Origin: an uncultured virus (IMG/VR IMGVR_UViG_3300046546_000013) | Taxonomy: Duplodnaviria > Heunggongvirae > Uroviricota > Caudoviricetes | Length of the DNA: 20,000 nt | Strand: one strand, 5' to 3' | IMG/VR virus record: IMGVR_UViG_3300046546_000013 | Shown: positions 1 to 9,118 of the stretch, one piece after another | Numbering within the stretch: position 1 is the first letter of the stretch | Layout: the number at the start of each line of letters is the position of its first letter | Position numbers and translations under genes: made by a program | Notes under the pieces: generated by a model | Told to the model about the DNA's origin: nothing | The model's database searches: none | Seen by the model: the letters and a program-made list of their open reading frames with translations, nothing else

Positions 1-169
1 CTTGGGAAGGTGTTGCTTCCTGAATACCATCTGCTAGCTCGTGAACGGTCGTAGGTGGCACAAGTTTTCCATTTTCACCAACCGTTGCAGCTACACCGAT
101 TTCATATTTGTTCATCCAGTTAGGTGAATAGCCTTCACCAGCTGCAAAATACTGTAAATTCATTTTCAT
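1..169 (-). CDS. Major tail (tube) protein, N-terminal part; runs off the window edge
   Basis: Not in the ORF track. Manual translation from ATG 169 (RBS GAGGA) gives MKMNLQYFAAGEGYSPNWMNKYEIGVAATVGENGKLVPPTTVHELADGIQEATPSQ, open to the edge. Position directly after the neck genes is typical of a major tail protein. Confidence 0.7.
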   Translation of the reverse strand, partial: MKMNLQYFAAGEGYSPNWMNKYEIGVAATVGENGKLVPPTTVHELADGIQEATPSQ

Positions 170-180
170 GAAATTTCCTC

Positions 181-618
181 CTATTTACTTATATTTAATC
201 GAACAGTTAGTACATAAAGATATGCATCATGTTCTTGAATTCCTAAATTTCTAGGTTGCGTGTAAATTTCGCTCGAATCAAACAAAAATGAGCCATCACT
301 CGAGCGAAGTGTGACCCATTCGCCATTTTCTTTTCTTGGCAATTTATCAAAGCTATCTGCAATCTTCCAAGCATCGTTAAAAGCTTGTGATTGGTTTGTG
401 TTTTTGATAATGATTTGAACCATGAACGGAATTTGCCTGTTTCTAGCCAAGTCCTGCTGTCCTTGTCCGGATGCAATCCCTTGTATAGATAAATCTCGTT
501 CATTGTCCTGAGGAGGTTTGTCTTCTTGAATGACTTGCTTCCCAGTACTTGTTACTCTTGGTGTTTCAAGTCCTAATAAGCGTAAGTGATCAGCAACTCG
601 TGCAAATAAATCCATCAC
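181..618 (-). CDS. Tail terminator / A118-like 'minor capsid 3' neck protein
   Basis: 145 aa ORF, last of four neck genes, coupled to the upstream gene by a stop/start overlap. Assigned by synteny and size. Confidence 0.6.
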   Translation of the reverse strand: MMDLFARVADHLRLLGLETPRVTSTGKQVIQEDKPPQDNERDLSIQGIASGQGQQDLARNRQIPFMVQIIIKNTNQSQAFNDAWKIADSFDKLPRKENGEWVTLRSSDGSFLFDSSEIYTQPRNLGIQEHDAYLYVLTVRLNISK

Positions 619-944
619 AGAGCCTCCTTAATCGCTTTTTCTGCCACATCCAGTACTTCATCCATATCTTGAGCTTTCGCAACCTCAGCCCACCGTATAG
701 ATGCTTGAGGATTGTGGTTTTTAGATGGAGTTCCCCTATAATATGCGTACCCAGCATACTCTGTACCCCATACCAGCTTTCCTTTTGGGAAATCACTATC
801 AACCCAAACACTAGCTTCGGTTGCCCCAGTGTCTTTCTTAACATACTGATTAGCCGCTTTAGCAAATGCGATTGATGTCGGATTCAGAGCGGATTCGATA
901 GCTCTCTCAATACGATCGAAATTACCTTCAAATCTCCCGCTCAT
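615..944 (-). CDS. Neck protein, A118-like 'minor capsid 2'
   Basis: 109 aa. YVKKDTG...WGTEYAGYAYY...HNPQASIRWAE resembles the Minor_capsid_2 pattern (YVPxDTG, TxYAxxxYY, PxAxxxW). Confidence 0.7.
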   Translation of the reverse strand: MSGRFEGNFDRIERAIESALNPTSIAFAKAANQYVKKDTGATEASVWVDSDFPKGKLVWGTEYAGYAYYRGTPSKNHNPQASIRWAEVAKAQDMDEVLDVAEKAIKEAL

Positions 945-1285
945 TGCAACATCACCTCAATATGATGTGGATTTAACTGGTCAGTGAACACCTCATAGCA
1001 TTCAACGATTTTTAGTTTGCGGTTTTGAAATGTAATTGTTCCGTCCTCGCTAGGATTTACAAAAGGTTTTGAATTAACAGCATCGACGTACAAAATGCCG
1101 TTAGTCAAAACCTCTGTATTATCCGTTTTTATAATTCTTTTTCGCTTAGGAGTAAACCTTACATGTTCAATCTTCTGTGGGTTAGGTAGTTCACCACTTC
1201 CCATTGAGCCATCATCATCAGGCTTTGGGGCCTGATAGATAACCTCATGGATTAACAGGTGTTTAGGTATTGGTTTAAATGACAC
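941..1285 (-). CDS. Head-closure protein, A118-like 'minor capsid 1'
   Basis: 114 aa. PIPKHLLIH...LYVDAVNS...PHHIEVML pattern and synteny. Confidence 0.7.
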   Translation of the reverse strand: MSFKPIPKHLLIHEVIYQAPKPDDDGSMGSGELPNPQKIEHVRFTPKRKRIIKTDNTEVLTNGILYVDAVNSKPFVNPSEDGTITFQNRKLKIVECYEVFTDQLNPHHIEVMLQ

Positions 1286-1682
1286 CGATCCTCACACTCC
1301 TTTTTCTCAAAAGACCGGTTCCTTCTAAATATGAAAGACAACTCGGAGCGACCCGATTGGCTTGCTTGCTAGTTGACGTTGTTGCGCCAGAATAGCTAAA
1401 CCCACCAATAGAAGCGCTTTGACCGCTCGAAGTATTACCTGTAACATCAAGATCTATACCTTCGACTTGATAGTATTCTATTTGAGCACAACATGCTTTT
1501 TTAATCAGTAGCTGTACATGTTCAGAAAACTTATCCAAACCAATTTTAGGTACATGATAATCTGTCAAAGAGTCAATAATGTCCGAAGCCCTTTTGGATA
1601 GACGAGAAAAGTCCTTATCATCAACAGGAGTTCCCTCGTAATCATTCTTGTAAAAGGCTTCATCAACATAAGGTTCAGACAT
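1275..1682 (-). CDS. Head-tail connector/adaptor protein
   Basis: ATG 1682 with RBS AGGTGA. PYVDEAFY...RASDIID...IKKACCAQIEY...SIGGFSYS...YLEGTGLL is typical of head-tail adaptors. Confidence 0.75.
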   Translation of the reverse strand: MSEPYVDEAFYKNDYEGTPVDDKDFSRLSKRASDIIDSLTDYHVPKIGLDKFSEHVQLLIKKACCAQIEYYQVEGIDLDVTGNTSSGQSASIGGFSYSGATTSTSKQANRVAPSCLSYLEGTGLLRKRSVRIGVI

Positions 1683-1691
1683 GATCTTCAC

Positions 1692-1898
1692 CTACTTTTC
1701 TTTTTTGTCTTCCTTCTGATCGTCTTTGCCGGCTTTCTTGTCATCTTTCTTTTCTTCAACACGTTCTAAGAAAGAATCATCTAGATTTACAGCAACTTCT
1801 TCAGCACGTTTAACGGTCATATCAATGACCGTCCCTGCTTCATAAACTTCTTTAGTTTCTTTATCACGGAATTTTTTTAAAACGTTGTATTTTGCCAT
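1692..1898 (-). CDS. Small head-associated hypothetical protein (K/D/E-rich tail)
   Basis: MAKYNVLKKFRDK...YEAG pattern is common immediately after capsid genes. Start is ATG 1898 or GTG 1907. Confidence 0.6.
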   Translation of the reverse strand: MAKYNVLKKFRDKETKEVYEAGTVIDMTVKRAEEVAVNLDDSFLERVEEKKDDKKAGKDDQKEDKKEK

Positions 1899-1918
1899 GT
1901 TTTTCACCGTTCCCTTTC

Positions 1919-2857
1919 TTATCCTTCTGGAGTAGCATCAATACCGAAGTAAGCTAGTGCTTTAGGTTCACGAATGATGAAGTCAATATCATCAAGCATG
2001 AAATGATATGTTGCCTGTTTGGCAACGGCACGGCTGTCTTGAGCAGCAGTTGTCAATGTAACAGTCAAACCAGAAACAACAGCGAGGTTTTCATAAGGAG
2101 TGAACAGAATTACATTGTTTTCCATAGACTCAACAACTTCGACGCCGAATCCACCGATATTGCGCAGGGCACCGTCCACTAATACTGCATCTCCCAAAGC
2201 AGTATTTCGATTTTGTAATTCAACAACATAGTTTGTTGCTGTGGCTTGAGACATAAAGAACTTAAATGTTCCTTGACGCAAATATTTCGGTTCAATTCTA
2301 GCAGTTGCAGCAGTTAGTTCTTGAATAGTCGGCAATTTTGCACCTACTACTTTTACTTCAGCAGATGCTTTAGCCATTTTGATGTAACCATCATTTAACT
2401 TCACGAATGCATCAGATGAAGATTCATCCCCATTAAATGCTAGATCTTGCAAATCCGCTGCATACTGAGCTTGCATTAGTGAAAGTAACGCTTGACGGAC
2501 ATCTTGCCCACGAGTACGAGCGGTATAAAATGTATTGCTGTTCTCGATCCATGTATCCAAGTAAACCGGGACAAGAGAGAAAGGTACTGTGTCTTCTTCT
2601 TTGATATCCGTGCCTGTATCTTCAGTGTTAATACCTAGATGTTTTTTCAATGTACGCTTTTTAACACCTAATTTATCCAAAGATCCTGTCCCTGATTTGG
2701 CAAAATGGACAAATATTTTCCCGATAGTTCCTGCAGTTGCAACTGCATCTAAGAAGAATGCTCGAGCATTGTCTTCACGTAAGGTAACATTGTTACCAGC
2801 TTTCAAGATTGCGTTCATTTGTTTGATCAATGTTTCATTCGATAAAACGTTTGTCAT
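1919..2857 (-). CDS. Major capsid protein (PBSX XkdG-like, HK97 fold)
   Basis: 312 aa following the protease/scaffold gene; DLQDLAFNGD...LNDGYIK motif. Confidence 0.8.
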   Translation of the reverse strand: MTNVLSNETLIKQMNAILKAGNNVTLREDNARAFFLDAVATAGTIGKIFVHFAKSGTGSLDKLGVKKRTLKKHLGINTEDTGTDIKEEDTVPFSLVPVYLDTWIENSNTFYTARTRGQDVRQALLSLMQAQYAADLQDLAFNGDESSSDAFVKLNDGYIKMAKASAEVKVVGAKLPTIQELTAATARIEPKYLRQGTFKFFMSQATATNYVVELQNRNTALGDAVLVDGALRNIGGFGVEVVESMENNVILFTPYENLAVVSGLTVTLTTAAQDSRAVAKQATYHFMLDDIDFIIREPKALAYFGIDATPEG

Positions 2858-2871
2858 TTGTGTTTCCCCCT

Positions 2872-3921
2872 TTATTCAGAAATTGGGAAAGCAGCGTCCA
2901 CATAAGATGGTACAACCGATTTCTCAACTTTTTCTGTGTAATTTTGTTCAGCATTGTTGCTGATTCGAGATTTTTCGAGATTCTCGATCTTCTCATTCAA
3001 AGGTGCTACGGCTTCTGATACAGCCTTAGCAATAGCATCAGCATCTAACTCAACACTAGCTTCCGAATTAACTGTTTCTGGTTTTTCATCTGATTTATCG
3101 CCTTTTTCCAAAGCTGATAAACGATCGTTTACTGGTTTGAGCGCTTCGCCGAGCGCTTTTTTTAACTGTTCTTCCGTCATTTCCTCATCCTCCTCGGATT
3201 TATTTGTACTAAAAAAGGACTTAACCGATTCGATTAGTCCTTGTTTGGTAACTGATTTAGTTGTATTTATTGTGCCGATCAGCGTTGATAACTCGTTAAT
3301 TTCAGATTGAATACTAGCTATCTTGTCAGCATCGTTTGCTGTGTAATTATCTAAAATAGACCATGAAGCAGATCGAAAAGCATCTAAAGCTGCATTAATA
3401 TCCCGATAAGTCTTGCTGTTGTTAAAATTATCAGCTGTTTGCTTTTTGACATCCTCCACTTGAGCGGTTCCTGCTAAAGAGTAGCCTGTGAAATCCCCTT
3501 TCTGGATTGACTCCCACATTTCGTCAGTAGCTTTAGTGACAAGCACCCAAGTTCCTTTGGTGATTGTGGTTTCGCCGATAGTCATATCAACAGGGGCAAC
3601 ATAACTCTCTACTACTTTTCCAGCATTTGTGGTGAAATCGTGCTGTTTGTCAATTTGTTGATAATCCGCCATGAATCCATGTGCAGCCTTCTCGATTGTT
3701 TCAGCATCCATGAAATCCCCATGAACGTCTTCAACATCAGGCTCATAAACAACACCATATACAAGCTTCTGTGGATCATTCGATTTAGTAACCAACTTAA
3801 CTTCGGTTTCAAAATTAGGTTTGAGATCTTCAGCAGATTTAGTAAGAAAGAATGATTTCTTATTGGCTGCCTTATCTACATATGAAACATGTGTTACAAG
3901 AACGTTTTCTAGTTTTCGCAT
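2872..3921 (-). CDS. xkdF: XkdF-like prohead serine protease with C-terminal scaffold region
   Basis: VSYVDKAANK, LVYGVVYEPD...DVHGDFM...IEKAAHGFM...IDKQH...VVESY...KGTW...GDFTGYSLAG, followed by a coiled-coil-like C-terminal region. Confidence 0.85.
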   Translation of the reverse strand: MRKLENVLVTHVSYVDKAANKKSFFLTKSAEDLKPNFETEVKLVTKSNDPQKLVYGVVYEPDVEDVHGDFMDAETIEKAAHGFMADYQQIDKQHDFTTNAGKVVESYVAPVDMTIGETTITKGTWVLVTKATDEMWESIQKGDFTGYSLAGTAQVEDVKKQTADNFNNSKTYRDINAALDAFRSASWSILDNYTANDADKIASIQSEINELSTLIGTINTTKSVTKQGLIESVKSFFSTNKSEEDEEMTEEQLKKALGEALKPVNDRLSALEKGDKSDEKPETVNSEASVELDADAIAKAVSEAVAPLNEKIENLEKSRISNNAEQNYTEKVEKSVVPSYVDAAFPISE

Positions 3922-3940
3922 TTTCTCACCACCTTTCTAA

Positions 3941-4759
3941 TTATTTTTTTATTTCTGGCACCACAAAACAGTGACAATGAATCGACTCTTTAGCAGATAA
4001 CATAGGGTCACGAGGATAACGGCAGCTTTCGCCATTGACGATGAAATACTCGCCTTTAGCGATTGTTTGACCGTCCATCGCTTCGTGTCCCTTTCTCGGT
4101 TCTTTGATGCCATGAGTATGGCGCCAGGTCATGCCAATAACAGCATCGTTTTGCATTAATGCTTCATACTGGCTGCCAGAGTACATCCTTAATCCCTCAG
4201 TGATCGCAGTTGTTCTGGCACGATTGCGAGAGAATTCAGGGAGTGAAGACAGCTTACTTTCTAACCATCGGATGCCTTTACCTTCATCAAAAGATTCTTG
4301 AATCACTCCTACAAGAGCGTTCTCTGTAGAAACGTTCATTAGTTTTGGCAGCTTCCTAAGCCATTTTTCGATGTCTCGGTAGTGTTTAGTCTGATAATCA
4401 AAATCCTCAGATCCGTCATACTTGGCATTAAATTCATCAAACAACCCAAAGAAAGCTTTTCTCAGTTCTGGGATAACACTTTCTTCCATGTTTGATTTGA
4501 ATGATCGTCCACGGAGCATAACTTTTATAGATAACTTGGTAGGTTTCTTTTTCCGATTCTCTACGAATTTTTTAACCTTTTCCCATACTTCCTCGTAATC
4601 AATTTGCAAGGTCTCATCCATCTTATCCTCTGAATTTAAGATGAACGTAAGCAATATTGGGACAAATAAAAAGCCTGCTTTTTCTAGAAGCTTAGCCAGT
4701 TCATCATCCTCTTCTTTTTTTAACTGTAAAGCGGCTTTAATTAACTCTTCATCATTCAT
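3941..4759 (-). CDS. Head morphogenesis protein (Mu gpF / SPP1 gp7 family)
   Basis: RARTTAITE...W...PRKGHEAMDGQ...YPRDP...IHCHC C-terminal signature; lies after the portal gene. Confidence 0.85.
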   Translation of the reverse strand: MNDEELIKAALQLKKEEDDELAKLLEKAGFLFVPILLTFILNSEDKMDETLQIDYEEVWEKVKKFVENRKKKPTKLSIKVMLRGRSFKSNMEESVIPELRKAFFGLFDEFNAKYDGSEDFDYQTKHYRDIEKWLRKLPKLMNVSTENALVGVIQESFDEGKGIRWLESKLSSLPEFSRNRARTTAITEGLRMYSGSQYEALMQNDAVIGMTWRHTHGIKEPRKGHEAMDGQTIAKGEYFIVNGESCRYPRDPMLSAKESIHCHCFVVPEIKK

Positions 4760-6284
4760 CAGACTTCACACTCCGGATCATACGCCGAATACTTGCTGCA
4801 ACTTCACTTACTTCTCCTTCACCATATGCCTTAGCTACGTCCAAATCACCAAGATTAAACGCTGATGACGATGATTGTCTGTTAAGTGGATAATTGTACT
4901 CTTCTCCATCAAAAGCTTCTAGCGGCTTATTGAGGGCTTTTGAAAGAATATCCCTCAAATCATTTGGAGCGACTGCATTTGCTTGGATAGCTGGTGTGAG
5001 AATCGCTTTAACATCCTCCATATTTACAAGATTGGATGATTTCAGAAATACTTCTACATACTTGAATTCATATTCCCTAAAAAGCGAATTAATACGCCAA
5101 TCGTAAGATTCTCGCATGGGCTGGAACACTTGCTCTTCCGTCAGTTCTTTAGCAGTCTCAGCAGTAGCTCTTGTATAGTCGCTTGATCTTGCTACATAAA
5201 TTGGGGGCAAACGGAATGCTCCAAGGACTGATTCAATGACGTTCTCATCATACTCAAGAAATAGAGCATCTTTTTGTAAGATGTCAGCTAGTTTCTCAAT
5301 GTTAATGGCTGGCTTGAATTTATCTTCCCCATATCCTAAACCTTCTTCTGCAGGACTTACTTTTTCAGCTTCTAGCAATAAAAACTTATGCTGATTTTCT
5401 TCCCCACCAATTGCATTAGCATATGCCTGTAATGTGGCTTCGGATTGTTCAGTCAGCTGCGCATTCTCTAGCGTGATGGCAAGAGGAATATGTCTTCCCT
5501 GAGTAAAATATCGATAGTTCAATTCGTCGGCCTTGCGATTTCCAAGTATTTTAATCAATGGACCTACCCAGCGAGGCTTGCCATAAGGATCTTGAAAATC
5601 ACCATTTTTAAGGTGAATGATTTCAGTAGCTGTGCCTTGCCCCTCAGAACCCACGCTTCCATTTGAATTCAACGGAGTAGGGTCCCCATAGGTTTTATAC
5701 CATGTTCCAGATTCTTTAACAGAATCATCCATAGAATCACGAAAAACAAAATAGCGGACCTTAATCTCTGATCCGTCCGCATTTATAACTCTATTTAGTT
5801 TGGTAACAGTCATGTACTCAGGCTTTACAGAATCAATTCCTACAACATCACCTTTAAGATTACGAATAACTTCAATATAGCCATTCCCGCATTCTTCAAC
5901 ATGTCGAATGACCTCCTCAATAACTTCTTTTGGCGGACGTTCAAAGGATAATTCTTTGAGTAGGGTATCCAATTGATTCCATTCTGCCTTCATTTCTGCT
6001 GTTTCTTCGGTGTCGTCAACCTTGTAACGTATACCAAAACCGAATCCAGCCACGTTCGTTACGTATGCTTCAATTGATTGGTTCAGAATGTCAGATATAT
6101 CGGTGATTGATCGTAAAGTAGCAATATCATATGGTGGAGATAATTGGGTCAAATCTCTTCTTTGATCAAAACCACCTGCAGACTTAAACTTTAGAGTTCT
6201 TTTCTTCTCAATGCTCACGTTCTTTTTGATATATTCTTTAGGAACAGATCCTGACGATCCGCCACTAATAATTTTTGATGTCAA
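4752..6284 (-). CDS. Portal protein (PBSX XkdE-like)
   Basis: 510 aa, TTG start with strong RBS AGGAGGTGG. GNGYIEVIRN, EIIHLK, YGKPRW and FRLPPIYV motifs; follows terL. Confidence 0.9.
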   Translation of the reverse strand: MTSKIISGGSSGSVPKEYIKKNVSIEKKRTLKFKSAGGFDQRRDLTQLSPPYDIATLRSITDISDILNQSIEAYVTNVAGFGFGIRYKVDDTEETAEMKAEWNQLDTLLKELSFERPPKEVIEEVIRHVEECGNGYIEVIRNLKGDVVGIDSVKPEYMTVTKLNRVINADGSEIKVRYFVFRDSMDDSVKESGTWYKTYGDPTPLNSNGSVGSEGQGTATEIIHLKNGDFQDPYGKPRWVGPLIKILGNRKADELNYRYFTQGRHIPLAITLENAQLTEQSEATLQAYANAIGGEENQHKFLLLEAEKVSPAEEGLGYGEDKFKPAINIEKLADILQKDALFLEYDENVIESVLGAFRLPPIYVARSSDYTRATAETAKELTEEQVFQPMRESYDWRINSLFREYEFKYVEVFLKSSNLVNMEDVKAILTPAIQANAVAPNDLRDILSKALNKPLEAFDGEEYNYPLNRQSSSSAFNLGDLDVAKAYGEGEVSEVAASIRRMIRSVKSDE

Positions 6285-6295
6285 GAAACCACCTC

Positions 6296-7597
6296 CTAAA
6301 ATGCTGTTTTTCTATTTGTGCGTCTTTTCTTGGCTTGCTGACCTTTACGTCTTTCCAGCTCAATAGAGTATCGTAACATCGCCATTGCATCATCAAAGAA
6401 ATTCACCGGATCGTCCGTAAAAGTATTTGATTTCTCGTCCTTTCTCCACTTCCATTGTTGTATTTCTTTGATTGTATTTGTACAACTTGGATGGATATGG
6501 ATGCGCATCTGCTTCAAATAATCGATCTGTGCTGACACACTTCCGGGTTCTTTTACAACAGGTTCAGCATGATAGCCAGCTTTGCGCCACATTTTAATTC
6601 GATCCGGTTCGGCAGAATCACACCACATAACCAGCTTTTTATTGATTCTTTTTTCATTAGCGATTGCAATAAGCTCACTCGTATCTTTTTCGAACTCATA
6701 GATTTCACGGCACAAAAAAAGCTCGCCATCTTTAAATCCAATTTCACCAATAGCATTGGCATGATTGAATCCGAAGTCTTGAGCGTTAACCATGTAGTCA
6801 AAACGTTCTGGGTCTGTGTTAAAGTTTTCTACAATATAATTAGTAAGGATAAGTCCACCAGACTCACCCCATTCGCCGAGTCCATAGATTTGATATCCAT
6901 CAGGATCACGCTCTTTTCGCATCATCATCCGCCGGTGATAGGCTTCATCAATGAATCGATTCTGTAGATATGTTGATTGATGAGTAAAAATGTCTGGATG
7001 CGTTACATCAAAGTACTTTGACTTGATCCAGTGAGTAGCTGATACCGGGTTAAAAGTAAATGTCATTTGATAGTAAAGATATGGGTTAAAATCCAAATTA
7101 CCACGTAAACGGTCATCGAGAATATCTACATCGGCTTCATAAAGTTCTGTCGCTTCCTCGATCCATATCCATGTGAGTTTACCACGGTCAAAAGTAATAG
7201 ATTTTACTTTTTCTCGCTGTCCGTCATCTTTCATCCCACGAAATATCACTTGATTGCCAGTAATCTTTGATTCGAGCATCATAGGCGATGATTTAATGGA
7301 CCAATATTTGTGGTAGTCAGATCCGTAAATCTTATAGATAGCAGACTTCAATTCAGCATACGTACTATCTTTATTTGACTCGGCGACTTTACGAACACAA
7401 AGAAGATTTGCTCCTTTATACTTCGGATCTCCAAGTTTTATGATAAAGTCTTGCGCAGTATTTACTGATTTACCAGAACCAGCTGATCCTTTAGCTAATC
7501 GATATCTTTTCCTAGTGGTATTGTATGTTTGGAAATTTCGGTTAAATTGTACCTTAACTATCATTTGGCGCTTCGTTTTCGCCATCGCCATAATCAA
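6296..7597 (-). CDS. terL: Terminase large subunit, PBSX family
   Basis: Walker A KGSAGSGKS, Walker B WIWIEEA, TFNP, and nuclease motifs DFGF, DSAEP, DDAMAMLRY. Exact start uncertain (7597, 7591, 7585 or 7564). Confidence 0.95.
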   Translation of the reverse strand: MIMAMAKTKRQMIVKVQFNRNFQTYNTTRKRYRLAKGSAGSGKSVNTAQDFIIKLGDPKYKGANLLCVRKVAESNKDSTYAELKSAIYKIYGSDYHKYWSIKSSPMMLESKITGNQVIFRGMKDDGQREKVKSITFDRGKLTWIWIEEATELYEADVDILDDRLRGNLDFNPYLYYQMTFTFNPVSATHWIKSKYFDVTHPDIFTHQSTYLQNRFIDEAYHRRMMMRKERDPDGYQIYGLGEWGESGGLILTNYIVENFNTDPERFDYMVNAQDFGFNHANAIGEIGFKDGELFLCREIYEFEKDTSELIAIANEKRINKKLVMWCDSAEPDRIKMWRKAGYHAEPVVKEPGSVSAQIDYLKQMRIHIHPSCTNTIKEIQQWKWRKDEKSNTFTDDPVNFFDDAMAMLRYSIELERRKGQQAKKRRTNRKTAF

Positions 7598-8006
7598 CCA
7601 CCACTTTCAGATCCATATTGCCATCTAGTTCCACTTTATCAGTCCATAGGCTATACCTTTTGCCAAGGAGTTCAGCTGCTCTTATACGATCTTTATTAGC
7701 TACTTGCACATCTTCTATCGTTGAACCGTATTCAGATCCTTGAAAGACTACCGTTTGATCTGTTTCTTCTCCTCGCATAACCTTACTCAAATATTCCAGG
7801 ACCTCTTCTTGATTAGCGATTTTTTCTGATTGCAGCTGTTCAAGTCTTTCGTCTATATATTGTCTAATGTCAGGTTTTGTCAGGTTCTCACTACCTACAG
7901 ACTTAGCAGTTCGTTTGCTGTACCCAGCAGAAATAGCGGCTTGAGTAGCATTACCGCTGATAATGTACTCATCCGCAAATCTACGTTGCTTTTCAGTTAG
8001 TTTCAC
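7554..8006 (-). CDS. terS: Terminase small subunit
   Basis: LTEKQRRFADEYI...NATQAAISAGYSKRTAKSVGSENLTKP...KDRIRAAELLGK. Start is GTG 8006 (RBS AAGGTGA) or 8015. Confidence 0.95.
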   Translation of the reverse strand: MKLTEKQRRFADEYIISGNATQAAISAGYSKRTAKSVGSENLTKPDIRQYIDERLEQLQSEKIANQEEVLEYLSKVMRGEETDQTVVFQGSEYGSTIEDVQVANKDRIRAAELLGKRYSLWTDKVELDGNMDLKVVVDYGDGENEAPNDS

Positions 8007-8030
8007 TACTCTCACCTTTTTCTGTATTTG

Positions 8031-8999
8031 TCATACTATTTCTAGTTCTTCTGTAACTTCAAAATAAAAACCTATACAATTTACTAATTTTAAAAAGTCT
8101 AGAAATGATAATTTTTCCGGTGAATATCTTCCATGTAAAAAAGAGTGTCTGCCAAACTTAAGCTCGGTAATTTCCTCAAAATTTTGGTGGTCATAATATG
8201 CTTTTATTGCTTTTTTACATTCACCTTTAGCAGCAGAATATATGTCTCCTTCCCCATTATCTGCCATCAACTCTTCTATCATTGGTTTATTAAGAAGACG
8301 TTTAGTTTTCAATTCTGGGTGTACTTTCATAACTGACAAATGTTCTAAAATCATAAATAAATTTGCTGTACAAAGTTTGTATTTTTTCCAATCATCGTTC
8401 AAAACATCAATCATTTGAAATACTATTATCTTAAAATCATCATCTAGTGAATCCGATATAGTGTTTAAAGTTTCAATTAAATACCCGAAATTATTTCTAC
8501 AGTATAATCGAATCATATGTTTGTTAAGATTTTCTTCATGTTTTAGACTATACAAATGTAAAGGTATATAAATACATGTAGGTGCTGACCACCCCAAATC
8601 AGCTAATTTTGTCAAAATTTCGGGATCTGCCTCCGCATTAATTTCTTTGGCCCGATTTGCTTTATCTAATATTCCTTTCCAATTTACAGCTGACATAATC
8701 TCAGAAATTTTTTGATTCATATTGATTAAATTTAAATTTTCTGAAACATTTTGTGAAAATGAATTTAGCGTATTTATAGCTTGATTTTGCACATTAATTA
8801 TCGCCTTCATTTTTGAAGATAGACTTGATGCAACCATTTCTTCAATTTTATGAAAAGTTTCGTTCAGATTTTCAAATGATCTAGTGTGTTCATTAACAAT
8901 CTTTGTGATTCTTTCACTATAACTAATTATGTGGTCTGGAATTTTTAGGTTGATCTCAGGTACGTAGTTATCAGATTTTTTATCGTTCACATTCTCCAC
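8031..8999 (-). CDS. AT-rich moron; putative HEPN-domain RNase (Abi/toxin-like)
   Basis: 322 aa, GTG start with RBS AGGAAAGGGA. Visibly more AT-rich than its flanks. C-terminal RHSFLH (R-x4-H) motif at 8133-8150. Has its own candidate promoter. Confidence 0.6.
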   Translation of the reverse strand: MENVNDKKSDNYVPEINLKIPDHIISYSERITKIVNEHTRSFENLNETFHKIEEMVASSLSSKMKAIINVQNQAINTLNSFSQNVSENLNLINMNQKISEIMSAVNWKGILDKANRAKEINAEADPEILTKLADLGWSAPTCIYIPLHLYSLKHEENLNKHMIRLYCRNNFGYLIETLNTISDSLDDDFKIIVFQMIDVLNDDWKKYKLCTANLFMILEHLSVMKVHPELKTKRLLNKPMIEELMADNGEGDIYSAAKGECKKAIKAYYDHQNFEEITELKFGRHSFLHGRYSPEKLSFLDFLKLVNCIGFYFEVTEELEIV

Positions 9000-9011
9000 T
9001 CCCTTTCCTAC

Positions 9012-9040
9012 ATGATATCAATAAATCAAGTGATACCCAA
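9012..9040 (-). promoter_or_regulatory. Candidate sigma-A promoter for the 322-aa moron
   Basis: Minus strand TTGGGT-N17-TATCAT with an extended TG, just downstream of a terminator. Confidence 0.5.
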
Positions 9041-9043
9041 TAG

Positions 9044-9069
9044 AAAAAAACAGCCCCTAGGGACTGTTT
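9044..9069 (-). terminator. Rho-independent terminator
   Basis: Minus strand AAACAGTCC-CTAG-GGGCTGTTT followed by further T residues. Confidence 0.75.
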
Positions 9070-9118
9070 AGTAGGAAGCACCAAAGATCATGTGAGTAAT
9101 CTAATTGCCAACTCCCAA

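Noticed and set aside
1692..1760. Low-complexity purine-rich repeat
   Set aside because: It simply encodes the K/D/E-rich C-terminal tail of the small head protein.
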